A DNA stretch of 64,000 bases from Amoebidium appalachense. Its lineage: Eukaryota; Protista; Ichthyosporea. The stretch is from the NCBI GenBank assembly GCA_963693365.1, contig CAVNZM010000005.1, positions 2,346,342 to 2,410,341 of the forward strand. Reading direction: 5' to 3'. Shown one piece after another: positions 42,481 through 58,339 of the stretch. The position numbers and the translations under genes were made by a program. Numbering within the stretch: position 1 is the first letter of the stretch; each line of letters starts with the position of its first letter. Under the pieces are notes generated by a model that was not told the DNA's origin, searched no databases, and saw nothing but the letters and a program-made list of their open reading frames with translations.

Positions 42481-42945
42481 TATCTGACATTTCCTTCGGT
42501 GCAGACGGAATTACCCGATCGATATCGTCCCCCTTCTCAGTGATTGCCGTTGGTTCAGGATCGTCAACCATAGGGACCCCCTCTGGTGTCGCCACCGCAC
42601 TCACCGGCTCATCCTGTGTAGTCTCCACCTGTGTGGGAACGTCGAACGTGGATTGGGGTGTGTTCTGAGTGGTGGTTGGTGTTGACGAAAGCGGCTGATC
42701 GGTCGACTCCAAACTCAACAGTGAGACCGATTCGTCCTCTGGCTATCATCCACTTGCCGTCATCGGGGGGAAGCGGACTGGAAAAGTGTTTGTTCTCGTT
42801 AGTGAACACCCTTATGCAGATGTGTCTCTTGCAGAACCTGCTTTGCTCTACTTTTCTCGCTTACCCCCACCGTCCCCCTTCCTCCCCCTCTTCCCTCCCC
42901 CCCCCCCCCCTCTCTCTTTCCCCCTGTCTTCTCTCTCTCTCTCTT

Positions 42946-42977
<32 letters not shown>

Positions 42978-43073
42978 CCCCCCCCCCCCCTCTCTCTCCC
43001 GCCACCCACTATCTCTTTCACACACACACACATACCCAAACACACAAACACTCTCTCTCCCTCGTCCCCTCCC

Positions 43074-43106
<33 letters not shown>

Positions 43107-43578
43107 AGACGCACACGCCCCCGCCCCCCCACTCTCCCAACCATAAAACTGCACATGATTTGAACATGAAACCGCCTAGACATGACAGAACTGCACCTGT
43201 CCGTCCGTCGTGGTGGTGGTTCGGGGGGGGGGGGGGGGGGGGGGGGAGAGGTGGGTGAGACAGAGGGGAGGTGGGGAAGGGTGGGGGGGGAGGGGGGGGG
43301 GTGGGCTAGGGGGTTGGGGGTTGCGTGTGTGTGTGTGTGGGTGGGTGGGTGGGGGGGGGGGGGGGGAGGGGAGGGGGGGGGAAGGGGGGGAGGGGATGGG
43401 GGGGGGGAAGGAGGGGGGAGGGGGCATACGTGAAGTTTGCCAAGAGGTCAATGACGTCATAGGCCATTGTGCTGGGCAGTGCGGCCCAGGCAGACAGGGC
43501 AGAGCCAAAGGACTGAGGTAACCGGCCACTGTGGAGCACACGGAGAACATGGGCCTTGATCCGGTCAAGTTGAGCAAC

Positions 43579-43639
<61 letters not shown>

Positions 43640-43903
43640 GCGTGTGCGTGTGTGTGTGTAGAATGTTACGTCTGTGCATGTGCATGGGAGCAGATAAGAA
43701 GGTTTCGTGTTAAGTGATGGCATATTGCATGTTAATGGAGACCAGAATCCTTATCATACTATCATAGCGGAACCCCGGAACCCGGAATTTCTACCCTGCA
43801 GCATGCAAATCACAATACCTCGGTAGGGAGAGGGAGCAGGGTTGGGGGCAAAAGTGAGCGTGTGTGTGTCTAGATGCGGGTTGGCAGCCGGGGGAGGGGG
43901 GAG

Positions 43904-43934
<31 letters not shown>

Positions 43935-45225
43935 GAAGGGGGGAAGGAGAGGGTGGAGGGGACACCTACTCGACCATGTGGCTTTACCCGGCTGCAGCCA
44001 TACTTTTGCGCAGGGCTCTGACCTCGGCAAGCAGCCGTCTGACGTGTGGCCACCACACAAACTCCCTGACCTCGCTGAGATCCGACCAGCTGATTGGCCC
44101 ACTGCATTCACCGCTGACCCGGTCAAGTAGAGATGTGGGCACTGGGGGCAGTGACGTCACCTTGTGCAGGAGCACAAGTATCTTCTGCCTGATGCTCTCC
44201 CTGTTTTTTGTTTTTTTGTTTTTTTTTGGGTCCGAGGGGGGGTTGGGGGGGAGAGGGGGGAGGGAGGGGAGTGATTATATAGTCAGAGAGCACAAGTTGA
44301 CAGCGCAAATGCGTGTGTGTTTGTATGTTTATGCACGCGCTTATGCGTTGCGCCCACCCGCAGGTATTTGTGTGTGTGTGTGTGTGTGTCTGTGTGCACG
44401 CGAGTGCGTGCATGAGTTTTTGCGCTGGGATTTAGGCTAGTGTGTTCGTTGGCGCTGATGTTGGTATTGCGTGTGTGCATGTGTGACTGTGTGTTTACGG
44501 TTAGTACTGTAACACCCGGAAGTGCTAACTTTGGGAGGGGAAGGGGAAGGGGGTGGGAGGGATAAGGGGGTTGGATAAGCTTTTTGTGCTTGCCTTTTCA
44601 TTCTTTCTTTAGTCTTCATTATTTTGCTTGTTACTGCTTCTTTCCCCCGCACGATTTCTTTTGCTTTTCTGTTGGTTTGAGAAGGGGGGGGGGGGGGGGG
44701 AAGAAAGAAGTAAGGAACCACGAGGCTAGGGAAGTGTTACCACACACATGCACACACATGACAACACATCTACTCTCGACACGAAGACAAACGAACCTCC
44801 TCGAACTACCTCAACCAACACACCCACAAACCAAATTACAGTATGTTGAACTCACCTGGTTGTGTCATCGGGCCACCCTTCAAGAGCCACCTTCTCAGCA
44901 GGCTTTTTCATCTCTGGCGTAGTTGGGGGGGGGGTCGGGAGCGCAACCTCGGCATGGTTGCAAATGTTGGCAAGGATGCTGGTCATGAGAACACCAAGCC
45001 TGGGGGTGGAAGGAGTTAGATAGTTGTTTTAATGACTTGGTAATCAGTATTGCAGGACAACGTTAACTTTCAAGCTTCCTTCTTTTTAGTGGCTTGGTGT
45101 TTTGATTAACGGAATGTCTGCATGCACACACGAGTACTCGAGCGCAAAGGCATGTCTTCTTTTCACTCCCGGAGAATACGTATGTATACTCTACTACTAA
45201 CCTCATGAAAAACAATCAAAAGGGA

Positions 45226-45817
45226 CCCTGCAAAAAAACGATTCCGTTCAGCACAGAATGCTCCTGCTTTTGCATAGTGGTTCCCTTGCTTCAGAATAAT
45301 TCTGATCTGCGCAGAATTGTGAAGAGAATAGTTCATATTCAGGCAGATAAATTCTTCTTTTGCTGAACAATTCTGTGAGGTAAACTCTTACTGATTTTTA
45401 CAGAACTAATTAGCATCATACCTAATAGTTTTGTTTGCAGCATTTTGTTCTGCTACCGTGTCAGCAGAATCATTCTGCCTTAAGCTTGAGCAATAAAATT
45501 CTGTTCTCGGCTGAATATCATATTCGAAGCAGAATAAATAAATTCTGCTGTAACAGAATGAGTCTACTATTTGCAGAAAGCTTCTTCTTTTGTAGCATAA
45601 CTCAGCCTTTGCATTATAGTTCTGCTTGTGCAGAAGAACTCCATATTGGCTAAATAATATGCTAAAAGCAGTTTGCAGAATAATTCTGTTTTTTGCAGAA
45701 CAATTTAGTTTCCGCCTTTCTGGGACTCACAAAAACAGATCACCAAGCCATCTTCACCCAGTGCATGTATATTCTGCTGAAACTAGGAGCGAAAAAACTA
45801 ACGGATTTTTTACAGAG
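45226..45817. mobile_element. Putative non-autonomous CACTA/EnSpm-like DNA transposon (~590 bp) in intron 1 of the orphan gene
   Basis: Imperfect terminal inverted repeats CCCTGCAAAAAA (45226) and TTTTTTACAGAG (45817), resembling CACTGTAAAAAA-type ends. The AT-rich interior is packed with GCAGAA/TTCTGC motifs in both orientations. No clean target-site duplication. Confidence 0.55.
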
Positions 45818-47071
45818 GGGAACACGGGGACTTACTCAGCCACTGTGGTGTCTATGTCCACCGCGTTGCCGCTGGCCGCAGACTCGATGGCCGAGGCCAC
45901 AAGCACACAGAAAGGCGCCAAAGAACGAAGACGTCGACATGGGCCCAGCTGAGAGAACACGCAGCGCTGTGGCAAGCGCGATGAGCTGGGTGAACGTGGC
46001 TTCCATTTTGAGTTGATGTTTTTTATGTTTGCTTTGTTTTTTTGTTTTTTGTTTTGTTTTTTTTCCTTGTCTGTGTGTTTGCAAACACTTTTTAAGTCCA
46101 ACTTCCAAGTGGGATTTGGGGTGCTGGCTGGTCACTGATCAGAATTCGTTTCAAGTGGCAATGTACAAAAAGCTAAAGTCGCGCCCTAAACCCGAGTTCG
46201 TTTGTGACTGTTTCGTTTTTGCAATGTGTTTTCGGTTGCCGTTGGTGTTTCGATTCACAGTTTTGTTCTGCTTCTTTGAACAGACTGACCTCTTTCTTTC
46301 GTGACTCATGTTTACCGTACATGTTCGCCGCCCCTGGCTGGCCTATAGCGGCAAGACACGAACAGATAGCACGATGCCGATTGGTTTCTTCTTATCAGCA
46401 AATTTTTGAGGCGGAGGCCCATTCCCAGAAAAGCTACCAACCAGAAAGGAAGGAAAAAATAACTAAAGTATTAAAGTTTCAAAATCTAACAGGCTCTAAT
46501 GTATGCCATAGCAGCTCTGAATTGTTGTTTTAGATAACATAAGCAGTATAGAGTCTGAATCATCGGATAAAGGAGGCAATTGTGCTGCGGCATCAGACTA
46601 ATCGATCTGGTTGCCATGGGCGGCTGCCCCACAGGCTGGCCATCAATGTGATGTGATTGCGTCACCACCAGATTCTGTAATTTGATTCATGTAATGTCAT
46701 CTAGCAGTAGTGTATGCAATATATTGGATGCATTCATTGGTATACAACAAGATCCAATAGATCACGGTGGCATGAACACAGTCACGCACGGTGTACATTG
46801 GCTACTAACATTGGGTCACGGCCCTGCGGTGATAGCGGGAGGTCTATTAATAGTACACTCTAGGCAAAAACCACAACGGCAACCCAGCCATTCTTCCCGC
46901 TGCATAAGTGCAACCTACTGTGTATATACGTAGATCGTGGCTGCAGTACATACTACATACATGTACAATATGCCATGCTTCTGTTGTGTCTTGGGCGGCC
47001 AAACTGGCCATATATATGTATGAGAGCGAAAGCGACAGAGACAGAGAATAGAGAGCTCGTGTGCACCGCGC

Positions 47072-47615
<544 letters not shown>

Positions 47616-47789
47616 AGGGGGGAGGGGGGGGGGGGGGGAAGGGGATCGGATCACAGGAATTTCTTGCAGTGGACGAAGTGCTCAAGTCATTGTAGCAACG
47701 GCGGTTTTACTTGGTCTTTTTTTCGTGCTTATTATTGGTCAGTCATGTGATTTTATTGACTAGCACGTGTTCTAAAAGTTTTTTTCTTT

Positions 47790-48945
<1,156 letters not shown>

Positions 48946-49810
48946 ATGATTATAGCTTCTCTTCAGTCCTAACTCTATAATCTGAATTGTGCTCGTTTAA
49001 AATTTGGCTGCGGTCCACGTTGAACCCTTGTGGCAACTGTATGCAGCCGGGGCGAATAAGTGAAGTGCATGTATTTTCGAACCCTGACTGCACCTTCCAT
49101 ATTTGGGTTGATTGTTTTCTCGCCCGCCATTATCTATGGGAACCAATCAAACTGTAGGTCTGGGGTCACGGTAGAGTAAGAGATGGTGTACATTTAGTCA
49201 AAATACATACTATGCTAACTCCTGGTACATAAAACAAATGACTAAATTATTGCTTTTTTTTGTAATTTGAGTATTGTTTTATGTCATAAATAATATAAAA
49301 ACTATAATAATGACGTTTAAAGTTAGTCGTATTAGCTAAAACACCTCAACACAGTGATACAACTAAGAACTCGAATGTAGCCAGTTTCTTTTGAACCCCC
49401 TTTGCTTGTTTTGCAAATGCATTCCATCGCTCATTAGTCCAGCCACTCCGCTTGCCGGATCTACAAACAGACTGGCTCAGTGAGGCGGCAGCAACCCGGA
49501 GTCCCGGACACAGGCAAAAAAAAAAAAAACAACACAGAAAACTGAGATTACGAAAAATCTTTTGTTATTAGCGGTGCAACGATTAATCCAAGGTCCATCC
49601 AGCGAGAAAATCGATCATCCACGTACAATCCACTTGGATAGTCCCGCTCTTGGCTATTTTTTCTCTCGGACCCACTTTTGGTGGTCGTACCGCTTATGTA
49701 GAAAGTTGGTTTTAGTGTCGATCTATGCTATTGATCGCCTGTTTCGAAGCAGTTGGAAAATACATGTAGTGAGCAAGCATCGTTAATACATACAGCTATA
49801 TACCAGCACC

Positions 49811-52800
49811 ATGAGTCAGCAAGCTGATGACCTATACCCAATAGCTGTGCTCGTAGACGAGCTTAAAAACGAAGATGTGCAGGCCAGGCTTAACTCCATT
49901 TCGAGGATCACAACCATTGCACTAGCTCTAGGAGAGGAGAAGACGCGCACGGATCTGCTTGCATACCTCCAAGGTAGGGGTGCTTGCGATTCCCATCTTA
50001 CCATGTTTTAATTCAGTCTTGGCTTGTAGAAGGCACAGTTCAGTACATGGTGTCCCTGCAGCTGTTTGGTTCATCGAACATGCGGCTTTGTTAGTGAAGC
50101 ACACTCCTGCGCCTTATGCACACATTAACGCCACACCCATCAACTTGCCACAGACTGTCAAAGAGGCATAGGACGCGCATATGAGGTGTTCTTTTACTTT
50201 GGTCCATGTGATCAAACGATTGTCTTTCGAATTATGTAATTAGAACTCTTTCCTATCGGCCCGAGACTTCTTTGCATTTTTCTCAAGCCTGTAATTTTTC
50301 CTTGTCCTGGTCGTTGGGCTGTTTTGGTCTCCTCGTTCCATTATCACCCTTTCCCTTGCAATTTGCTTTGTAAAGGCTCCAGGCATACTCTGGCTTCTTT
50401 TTTTTCTTTAGCATTCTTTCGGCCATTCCAACCTACTTCACTCTGCCAAAGATCCTTATATACCTGTAGTTCTTCTCTAATTCTCCTTAGTGGTCCCCAC
50501 AGCCTTGTGAAGCTCGGAAAGCTACGTAAGAATCTATGTGTACACAATACACTGCATGAGCCAAGGTTGGGTTAGCTCAGGGAATAAGGCACTTGTGTCT
50601 TGTCGTGTGTATGTGTGCCTCTTGGCCCGCTATGATACACCAGTGACCTGAGGGTTAATGGAATTTCCTCTAGCTAACTCGCCTGTTCACAGATACTCTT
50701 GATGATGAAGATGAGGTTCTTGTTGCCTTGGCTGAAGAGTTGGGGGGGTTTGTCCCGCTGGTTGGGGGCCCAGACTACGCCTACACACTGTTGCCCATTC
50801 TTGAGATCCTTGCAGCGGTCGAGGAGACTGTGGTTAGAGATAAGGTGTGTGGATGTACTACGTAAATGTTGGTGACATGTGTATGTAAGGAGGGTGTGAG
50901 GGAGACTAAAAGAGGACAGTAAGATAACTGAGAGCGAGATGTATGTGCAACACGTGTGTGTGTGTGTGTGTGCCTGTGTATGTGTGTGTGGGCTCGTGCG
51001 TGTGTGTGTGTGTGCGTGCGCGGGGGGAGGGTGTGTGTGGTGGCTTGTAGTATTGGTGGTGGTGGTGGTGTTTTTTTTTTTTTTTTTTTTGGAGGGGGGG
51101 GGGGGGGGGGGGGGAGGGGGGCGGGGAGGGGTGGAGCGAGAGGGCTGAGCGGGGAGTCATGTAGAAATGAGGGGACTGGAGGAAAGTGTGTTGTGTGGGC
51201 AGGATTCTGATGTCCGTGCAAGTGTGTGTTGAGTGTGTATGGGGGGAAGGGGAGGGGGGGGGGGGAGGGGGGGGGGGGGGGGAGGGGGGGGGGGGGGGTT
51301 GAATCAATGAACCATTTGCTCTGATTAATGGCTATCGGCATTTGGGTACCCTTCTCCCCTTATCTAACTGTTCGCTCGTGCCGTGTACGAGCCCGCACTG
51401 TACTCTCATGTATGCCCGCCTTCATTTCCACTCTACCCCTCCAGATCTGTTATACATAAACCAGGAGGTCCACCACCACCACATAGTTCGTGTCACTACT
51501 TCTTGCCATCCCCCCCCCCCCCCTCCTTCCCCCCGCCCCTCTCCCCCCCATTGCTCGGTGCTCGGCTCTGACTTCTCCGCCCCGTTTTCCACGCAGGCTG
51601 TGACGTCACTGATCCACATCTGCGAAAACATGGCCAGTGCACACATGGGCGAGTATGCTGCTATGGTGCGCCGGCTGGCCCAGGCAGACTGGTTTACGGC
51701 CAAAACATCCTCGGCAGGCCTTTTCTCGTCCATCTACCCACGCACAGACGCTGCCACACAGGCAGACCTCAGGCGGCTGTATGGGCTGCTGTGCAAGGAT
51801 GACACACCAATGGTGCGCAGGGCAGCCGCGGCCAAGCTCGGGGTACGTGGATAGGGAGATACCGTGGGGCGGGATGGAGAAATTGGGTGGGTTTATTGGT
51901 TGGTTGGTGTGTTTTTTTTTGGGGGGGGGGGGGGGGGGGTTGGAGTGAGGGTCATTAGGGAAGGGGGTAGCTTCGATCGAAACCTGTGTTGGTGTGTGTG
52001 TGTGCATGTGTTCTGGTCTTTTTTTTTGTTGTTGTTTGGGGGGGGGGGGGGGAGGGGGAGGGGGGAAAGAGGGGAGGGGAGGCAGGGGGGTGAATTGTTA
52101 ACCAGGTTTGGACGTTGTTCAGGTCGGTTATTGGAAGGGGAGATGTGGGGAGTTTTTTGGTGAGGGGATGTTACTGTGTATGCAAGTACGGGATGGTGTG
52201 GCTAAGGGGCCTGTTGGCTGTGTAGCAGTGACTCTTGGGCCCTGATTGGTTTGGAGGTGATGGGAGGGGGACTTTTTCTGGTGGGATGAGAAAGGGGGGA
52301 AGGGGGGGGGGGGGGGGGATTAGTGCAGGAATGGATATGTCGTGTGATTAATTGCATACTTCCATGCATGTCTGTATCCACTTGTTGATGGGCCTGCTTG
52401 CAGACTTGGCGACTTCCAGGTGGCAAGGAGCATCAAACTGTTAAGGTAACCCCCCCTCCTCCCCCGGACACTCTTTTTCCCCCCTGCATGGTTCGTGCAT
52501 ATCCTGCCGTATGCCTGTGCCATCACATCATAACCGTGCATGGCTTTTTCCTAACGACCAGCAAATGGGAGTGCTGTGACAGGTGTTTAGAGCAGCATTC
52601 ACCCAACCACACTAGGGCATGGGCAACAGACACCAACCACACCAGTGTTTGAAACATAAACGGAAAGGCCGAGGCACACAGGAGCTGAGCTGTCGAGCCG
52701 TTATAGGGCGGGAAGGCTGACAGGCTGTGGCTGCAGGGGTTTGCTGAGGTGGTCGAGGCGGATTATTTGAAGTCGGAGATTGTGCCATTGTTTACGGGCT

Positions 52801-53119
52801 TGAGCCAGGACGACCAGGTGGGCACACACACATACACACACACACACACACACATGCATGCATGCACAAACACATGCATGCACACACACAAGCACACACG
52901 CTGTACTTGACGTGCACGTCACAGGGCATAATTAGTCGCGTACAATTGTTCTTATTACACCGGATACCATCGGAGGTGGCCATTGTTCTCGGGCACTGTG
53001 GGTGACATGGGCCCTCTTTGATGAAGGATTCTGCTATTATGCATATTCTTTTTGTGTAATTTGCAGTCTGCGCTGTGTTGTCCATTATGAATGTGTACTT
53101 GGTACTTAATGGCGCATTC

Positions 53120-53150
<31 letters not shown>

Positions 53151-53720
53151 CAAACAAAAAACAAAAAAAAAAAACAGCGGTCTGGAGGATGGGCTCTACC
53201 TATACACTTTCTAACATCCTCGTTCCCCCTTCCCCGGGGGCCTTTCGTACTCCTCCCTACCCCCCTCCCCCCTGCCCGCATTAAGTTGCCAGTTATGAAT
53301 GTGTACTTTGTGCTCCATACCACTTTCTGATCCCCCCCCTCCCCCAGGACTCTGTGCGCCTTCTTGTTATTGACGGTGCCGTGTCGATTGCCCGGCTGCT
53401 GCCGACAGTGGCAGACAAGGAGGCACTGCTGATGCCGGCACTGCGACAGGCCTTCCAGGATAAGAGCTGGAGGGTGCGCTATGCCACCGCTGAAAAATTT
53501 GTCCAGGTAAGGTGGTGATATCTGCTGAGCATATGGGGCGAGTGTGTATGGGTGTGGTGTGTGCTTACTCATGTGAAGTGTGTGGGTGCCTGGCACTGAG
53601 CCGGGGTGTGTGTGCGCGTGTTCCTTGTGTGTATGTGGATGAGTGTGTGTGTGCGCGGGCGCGGGCGGGCGGGCAGGCGGGCGCGAGTGTGCGTGTGGGT
53701 GGTGGGTGGTGGGTGGGTGT

Positions 53721-53759
<39 letters not shown>

Positions 53760-55631
53760 TTGGTATTTGTAATGTTTCGCTTGCAGACAGTTGGGGTTGG
53801 TTGTTGGTGGCCGATTATGCTGGCATGGAGCACATGCTTTCTTGTTGAGTGCGGTGGTACTGTTTTTGGCAGAGGGGCAGGGGGACGGGGGATGGGATGG
53901 CTGGGGGGGGGGGGGGGGGGGGGGGTAATACATGTTTTATTGTGGAGGACTAGGGTAAGCGATTGTTTGGACAAAAAGGGCTGTTTTGGGCTGGAGACCA
54001 ATGTATGGTTGTGCCTGCAGTGGCAGTGTGGTGCTATGATGTTGCACTCTGGATTGATGTGACACATGGGGTGATGCAATATCTCTATTCCGCACCTCAA
54101 CAAATGCTACATGAGCACACCGCCTGCCATAGTGATTACCCTCCAATCTATATGGCCCACGCTGGGCTACATACGTGTGTAGACAGACCACTGTTTGCAC
54201 GCGGACAAAGCACTGTTTGCACCGAGCATGCATGGTGTGTACTGTGACTAACACGTGGTGTGCAGCTGCAAGAGGCGCTGGGCCCAGAGCTGACCAGACA
54301 GGACCTCGTGGGCTACTTCCTGAAACTGCTGAAAGACCCGGAGGCAGAGGTGCGCACGGCTGCAGCACTGTGCATCCCAGGTGTGTGGGTGGGTGGGTGT
54401 GTGCGCGCGCGCGCATGCGCGTGCGTTTTTTTTGGGGGGGACGTGTGTGTTTGGGGGGGGGGGGGGGGGGGGGGGACTTTGCATGTTGCCAAGTGCAGAG
54501 GTGTATACGTTCCATGTTTGGTCAGTGTAAACCGGTGCATCTGTTTGAGATGCTTCAACCCATTGTCGGGGGCGCTTTCTGAAGGTCTAGACTGGGGTTT
54601 AGGGGGAGGGTGTGGTGGGTGTCGAGTGATTGGCTGGAGGACTTGGGCGTCAAATGGTGCATGTTCTCCGATGTTCACTTGGTGTGTTGTTTTCTGTCTG
54701 AGTTCAGGTAGTATAGCCACTGCCTTTGGACGTGTATGGGGATGACTCCTCTTTTTTGAGAGCGAAGGGTGGTATGATGGTGGTGGGCTTGTGTGGGTGT
54801 GTGTGTGTTTGTTTGTGTGTTTGTGTGTGTGATGGAACTTGAATGGAAATGGAAAGGGCTGCGGTTCTATGCCGAAGAGGGTGGGGTGGTGTGTCTGTAT
54901 GTGGGGAGTGTAGGTAGTGGTTTTTCTTTTTTGGGGGTCCGGGGGGGGAGGGGGGGGGGGTATTCTGGTTTTTGGGACCATCGGCGTCTATACTCACGGT
55001 TCTGGCACTGAGCAGAATTCTGCAGCAACCTGCCCGAGGACATTCGAGAAAACACGACTGTGACGGGGGTGCTTGTGTGTGTCAAGGATCTGGTGGTCGA
55101 TCCGTCCCAGCACGTGCGCTCGGCCCTGGCCTCAAAGGTCATGTCTCTGGCCCCGGTCCTCGGCAAGCACCAGTAGGTGGCCCCCTCACTGTCTGTGTGT
55201 GTGTTTGGGGGGGGGGGGGGGGGGGGGGGGTTCCGTCATGTGTGTGCGTGATTGAGTGTTGGTGAAGCATTTTCAACGTGGGGGTGTAAGTGATCAGCAG
55301 TAGTGAGCGGACACATCATGGACAAACACGTGCAAATGTGCAGAGGAGTGGCATCGTCATGTGTATGGATGCAATGTCATTGCATGTGGTGGATAAATGT
55401 GGGTGGATGGGTGGGAGGGTGTGCTGCGCGAGTGTGTATTTGTGTTGGAGGGGCTGGGAAAGGGGAAAGGGAGGGGGGGGGGGGGGGGGGGGTATGCTTA
55501 CTGGATTTTGGCAGCACCATCGAGGCACTGCTGCCACTATTCCTGCAGCTGCTCAAGGATGAGACGGCCGAGGTCAGACTCAGCATCATCAGCAGGCTGG
55601 ATGCCGTAAACAAGGGTGTGTGGGTGGGGGT

Positions 55632-55664
<33 letters not shown>

Positions 55665-56268
55665 AGGAGGAGGCATTGTGTGTGTGTGGGGGGGGGGGGG
55701 GAGGCATTGTGTGTGTGTGTGTGTGTGTGGGGGGGGGGGGGGCATTGTGTGTGTGTGGGAGAGGGAGGCATTGTGTGTGTGTGGGAGGGGAGGACGAGAG
55801 AGAGAAGGTGGAGGGGGGGGGGGGGGGGGGGGGCACTGTGCGTGTGCGCGGGGGGGGGGAAGGGAGGCACTAAGGAATTGGTGGGGAAGTAGCTGCGAAG
55901 AAAGTGATCAAAAGGGGTGAGTGGGATTGATGGATGGGGAAAATGGGCGGGTATGGAGGTATAAGGGTACAGGCATGGGAGGGACGGGATGGGCATGGGG
56001 GTTACCATAGGGGTGTGCATGGTGTGATAGTGATTGGTAATTCCTGCCTGACCAGGCATGTCGGTGTGCACACTCACATGCACACCGCCTTACATGCATG
56101 GTCCCGGTGTGTAAACGTGCGAGGAAGAGGTTGCTAACAGTCATTATGAACCTACCCTCTCGATGCACTCCCAACATGCACATAAGAACATACACAAGTG
56201 TGTTCCACGGCATGCACACAAACACACACTTGCATGCAACCGTGTATGTACACACACAGGTGCAATGG

Positions 56269-56331
<63 letters not shown>

Positions 56332-56470
56332 GGTGGGCACTGAGCTTCTGTCCCAGAGCCTGCTGCCCGCCATTATGGAGCTTGCCGAGGATAGGCAGTG
56401 GCGGGTGCGCCTGGCCATCATCGAATACATTCCCTTGCTGGCACAGCAGTTGGTATGTTTTTTTTTTTTT

Positions 56471-56518
<48 letters not shown>

Positions 56519-56735
56519 CAGGGAATAGGCGCGGTGTGTGGAGTGTTCGTGTGTGTGTTCAATTGGTTGCATAGAAAATGGAATAGTGGCTACACGGGGG
56601 GTGTTGGTGGGGGGGGGGGGGGGGGGGGGGGGGGGGGATGAAAGCCCTGTGTTACAAATCATTTTCTTAAGGATCTGTGATGGCGGTGTGCTTCGTGTTG
56701 CCTGGTGGTGATGGGTTTTGTGCGTGTGTGTGTGT

Positions 56736-56809
<74 letters not shown>

Positions 56810-56862
56810 TGCGTGCGTGCGCGCGTGTGTGCGTGCGCGCATGTGTGCGCGCGCGCATGTAT

Positions 56863-56921
<59 letters not shown>

Positions 56922-58283
56922 CTTTTTGAACGGGGGGAGTTTTTTTTTTGGGGGGGGGGGGGGGGAAGAAACGGAGGGAAGATTAAAAATGTGTTAGTGT
57001 ACGAACAATACTCAATGGAAGAGAAAGAGGGCGGGGATGGGGAAGGGGGGATGGATATACAGGTGTGAGGCAGATGGACTGTTGGGACGCGGAAGGTATT
57101 GAAGAGGAGAACGGTGTATGGATGCTAGTGGTGGGGTGGCCTTGTGGGAATATACTGTGAACCGTTGGGAAGTGGGGTGGCTTTCTGGTGATGCTGGTTT
57201 GTTCCCTCAATGCATATGTAACGGTGAGATGTCATGAAGTACATGTCTTCACTGTGCCTTCTTGATGCTGACTTGTGGGGTGCACGTGCAGGGACGGGAG
57301 TTCTTTGACGAGAAGTTGATGAATATGTGCATGACATGGCTGGCAGACTGTGTATATTCCATCAGAGAGGCTGCCACAGGTGTGTGTGCGTGTGGTATGG
57401 TTGGGTGTGGGTTGGTGGTTTGTGGGTGGGTGGGTGGGGGTTCGGTTGGTGGCGGTGGGTGGGTATGGGTAGGTTGTGGGTGTGTGTATGGTGTGGGTAT
57501 GTGTCCTTGTGGTGCTCGTGTGGTGGTGGTGGGCTTTTTTATGTAGGGTGGTTGTGTGGTGGTGTGTTTCTGATGGTGCGACTGTTTGTGGATGGTGTGA
57601 GTAAATGTTTTTGTATGCCGGTGGTGTGAGTTAACTGCTCAGCTACCCACATGTTTGCTCATTGGGTAGTTGGCCAGTCGTGTTTGCGTGTGGATATTAG
57701 AATGGGTGGGGTGTGTTTATGCATGCGATGTTGGCGCCAGTACAGGTGTGTGGGCTGTGAAACCTATTGGGATGGGGCTTTCATACGGGGCCTTCGGGTG
57801 TTCCGACTGTTTAGTGAGTATGTGGTTTCCACGGTTGCTGTTTGCTTTGTGAAGACCACACACGGCTCTTTCCTGTTGCTTGTGTGGAAAATGACACGTG
57901 CTAAGTGCAACATTTGTTTTGTACAGAAAACGTCAAGAGATTGACGGAGATCTTCGGGCCGGAGTGGGCCACGGAGGTGATCCTGCCCCGGGTACTGGGC
58001 ATGTGTCGGCAGGCTAACTACCTGCACCGCATGACCACCCTCTTCTGTATTAACGTACGTGCCCCCACACAGCATGGTTGACGGGGTGGTGGGAGAGGGT
58101 GCCACTGTCTGTGATTTGGCCGATTTCTGTGTTTTCCTAGTGCCCGTGTTGCGACATGGAAGTGCCTGGTTGTGCACGCTGTTGGATTTCATTTCTTTTT
58201 CTTTTTTCTTTTTTCTTTTTTTTTTTTTTTTTGGCCAACCCCCCCCCCCCCCCCCCCCCCCCCCCCGCCCCGCCCTTTTTTTT

Positions 58284-58339
<56 letters not shown>

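Larger units (their letters stand above)
41529..46006 (-). pseudogene. Orphan multi-exon gene (or pseudogene) encoding an acidic repeat protein; at least 5 frameshifts in this assembly; 3' exons unresolved
   Basis: Phase-consistent exons 46006-45836, 44999-44856, 44188-43988, 43579-43430, 42837-41529 with GT-AG boundaries. Frameshifts near 45908, 42690, 42064, 42040 and 41660. Possible further exons near 41130-41210 and 40630-40690. No family recognised. Confidence 0.6.
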
